DNA of 64,000 nt from Pedobacter sp. Lineage in GTDB: Bacteria > Desulfobacterota > Desulfuromonadia > Desulfuromonadales > Syntrophotaleaceae. Where the stretch lies: the NCBI GenBank assembly GCA_050253415.1, contig JBFWJC010000004.1, forward strand, positions 96,001 through 160,000, read 5' to 3'. A program made the translations under genes and the position numbers. Below the pieces are notes generated by a model. It made no database searches and was not told where the DNA came from. It was given only the letters and a program-made list of their open reading frames with translations. This document shows, in pieces, positions 62,727 to 64,000 of the stretch (position 1 is the stretch's first letter; each line of letters opens with the position of its first letter).

Positions 62727-63959
62727 CTAGAAATTCATAGCGGTAATAAATGCTTTTTCAAAAGCCGGGGTCCCCGAAAGAGGCAATGGTTGCAATGCTG
62801 CAGCCAACCGTTGTACGTTTTCAGATCCTTGCGCATCCAGCAACCATCGTCCGACTCCGGCCAGCACCCCAGCCTTCGCAAAGCGTACTTTATCTACCAT
62901 GTTTTCCGGGAGCATGGCAACCCTTTTCAAAACCTGCCTGGACATGGAAAAACCGAAGGCGCCTGTGAGCGTAACCTTCTCCACGGCGGCAGATTCCAAT
63001 CCCGCACGCTGCAGCAGACATTCGGTACCGGCCAATACGGCGGCCTTTGCCAGCTGAAAATTACGCACATCCTGCTGGGCTATCAATACGTCGATCGCCG
63101 CATCGCGGTACAGGCGCAGAGCTCTTCCCTGCGGAGTCTCGACGATGTACCGGGACAGATTGGTCGGGACTTCGAGAGGGTCGACGATGGTTCCATGCCT
63201 ATCGATAAGGCCGCCATCCAGAGCGGCCGCCAAAGTCGCAGCCAGGCCGCTGCCGCACACACCGCGCGGCACGCCCCCGTCGATCACCGTCAAATGCAGA
63301 GCATCGTCGATGATCGACACATCGCTTATGGCTCCGGTCTGGGCAATCATGCCGCAGGAAATATCGCCCCCTTCAAAAGCCGGGCCGGCAGCCACGGAAG
63401 TCACACGCCAACGTCCGCCAGCGTACAGGGCCATTTCGCCATTGGTTCCGGCATCGAGGAAAAAACTCTTTTCCTGAACCTCGGCTTGTGCGTAGAGAAA
63501 GGCCACAAGGTCGCCACCGACATAACCGCTGACCAAAGGGAACAGGTACAAGGGCACCGACAGGCCAAGATCAAGCTGTTCGCAAGACAGGAAAACCGCC
63601 TCGCGACATGAGGGACGATGGGGAGGAAACAGAATCGAGGATACCGGCAGTCGGCGCATAAGATACACCATGCCCGGATTACCGGCGGCAGCCGCCGCAC
63701 CGATATCAACATTCCGCAATCCAGCCTGGGACAACAACGAACCGATAAGATCGCGCAGGCCCTCGCGCAGCAAAATCTGTAAGCGATCGCCCGATCCTTC
63801 AAGCGCCTGTTCCAGACGGCGCATGATGTCGGCCCCCAGGACCGCCTGGGGATTAAGCAGACGCGCTTCGGCCAAAACCCTGCCGTCGGCATCGAGCAGA
63901 CGACCGGCCAGCGTGGTGGTACCAAGATCGAGCGCCAGCAGATATTGGCCGTATACCAT
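62727..63959 (-). CDS. ASKHA-type ATPase, RACo/RamA-like corrinoid activator family (DUF4445)
   Basis: LDLGTTT, NPQ...GADIMRR, YVGGD, DAGTNGEM, AAGPAFEG, CGSG, QLAKAA, GAFG; GGAGG before ATG at 63959 (frame stays open to the window edge). Confidence 0.85.
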   Translation of the reverse strand: MVYGQYLLALDLGTTTLAGRLLDADGRVLAEARLLNPQAVLGADIMRRLEQALEGSGDRLQILLREGLRDLIGSLLSQAGLRNVDIGAAAAAGNPGMVYLMRRLPVSSILFPPHRPSCREAVFLSCEQLDLGLSVPLYLFPLVSGYVGGDLVAFLYAQAEVQEKSFFLDAGTNGEMALYAGGRWRVTSVAAGPAFEGGDISCGMIAQTGAISDVSIIDDALHLTVIDGGVPRGVCGSGLAATLAAALDGGLIDRHGTIVDPLEVPTNLSRYIVETPQGRALRLYRDAAIDVLIAQQDVRNFQLAKAAVLAGTECLLQRAGLESAAVEKVTLTGAFGFSMSRQVLKRVAMLPENMVDKVRFAKAGVLAGVGRWLLDAQGSENVQRLAAALQPLPLSGTPAFEKAFITAMNF

Positions 63960-64000
63960 CCGCCCTCCCGGGAATACACCAAAAGTGCAAAACAACGTCC

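Overview
A 64-kb stretch of core chromosome from a GC-rich bacterium. Gene content and order suggest Desulfuromonadales (Pelobacter/Syntrophotalea/Geobacter-like); this is an inference. In order, the window holds: a truncated MshEN (c-di-GMP-binding) gene at the left edge; gatCAB-mtnA-glnE and an IPT/TIG protein; small accessory genes (TraB/GumN, S4 protein, ABC-F, DUF554, a 63-aa Cys/His peptide, a PNPOx-like protein, tpx, a radical SAM protein); a four-gene signalling cassette (hybrid kinase, CheR, CheB, REC-PAS-GGDEF); a complete dcw cluster (mraZ to ftsZ); a HlyC/CorC gene; ligA-acyP; the ffh-rpsP-khpA-rimM-trmD-SPOUT-rplS-rnhB-yraN-nadE-rsmI cluster; dciA; and an ASKHA/RACo gene followed by purH-purD-purE-resB-ccsB-methyltransferase. 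I saw no rRNA, tRNA, CRISPR array, integrase or transposase. Two observations stand out. (1) The hybrid kinase has a chemoreceptor-type sensor and a Glu/Gln-rich 28-aa-repeat coiled coil, is co-encoded with CheR and a receiver-less CheB but no MCP/CheA/CheW, and is followed by a diguanylate cyclase, suggesting a methylation-adapted kinase to c-di-GMP pathway (MAC-like). (2) Three intergenic hairpins have arms built from short tandem repeats: two ~124-bp copies with 9-nt-period CACGAAG arms and unrelated ~61-62-nt AT-rich cores, and one heptamer (TTGTCAC)11 element. They may be empty sites of a repeat-flanked mobile cassette system. Starts were refined by eye using RBS position, and all product calls come from motif recognition, not database searches.
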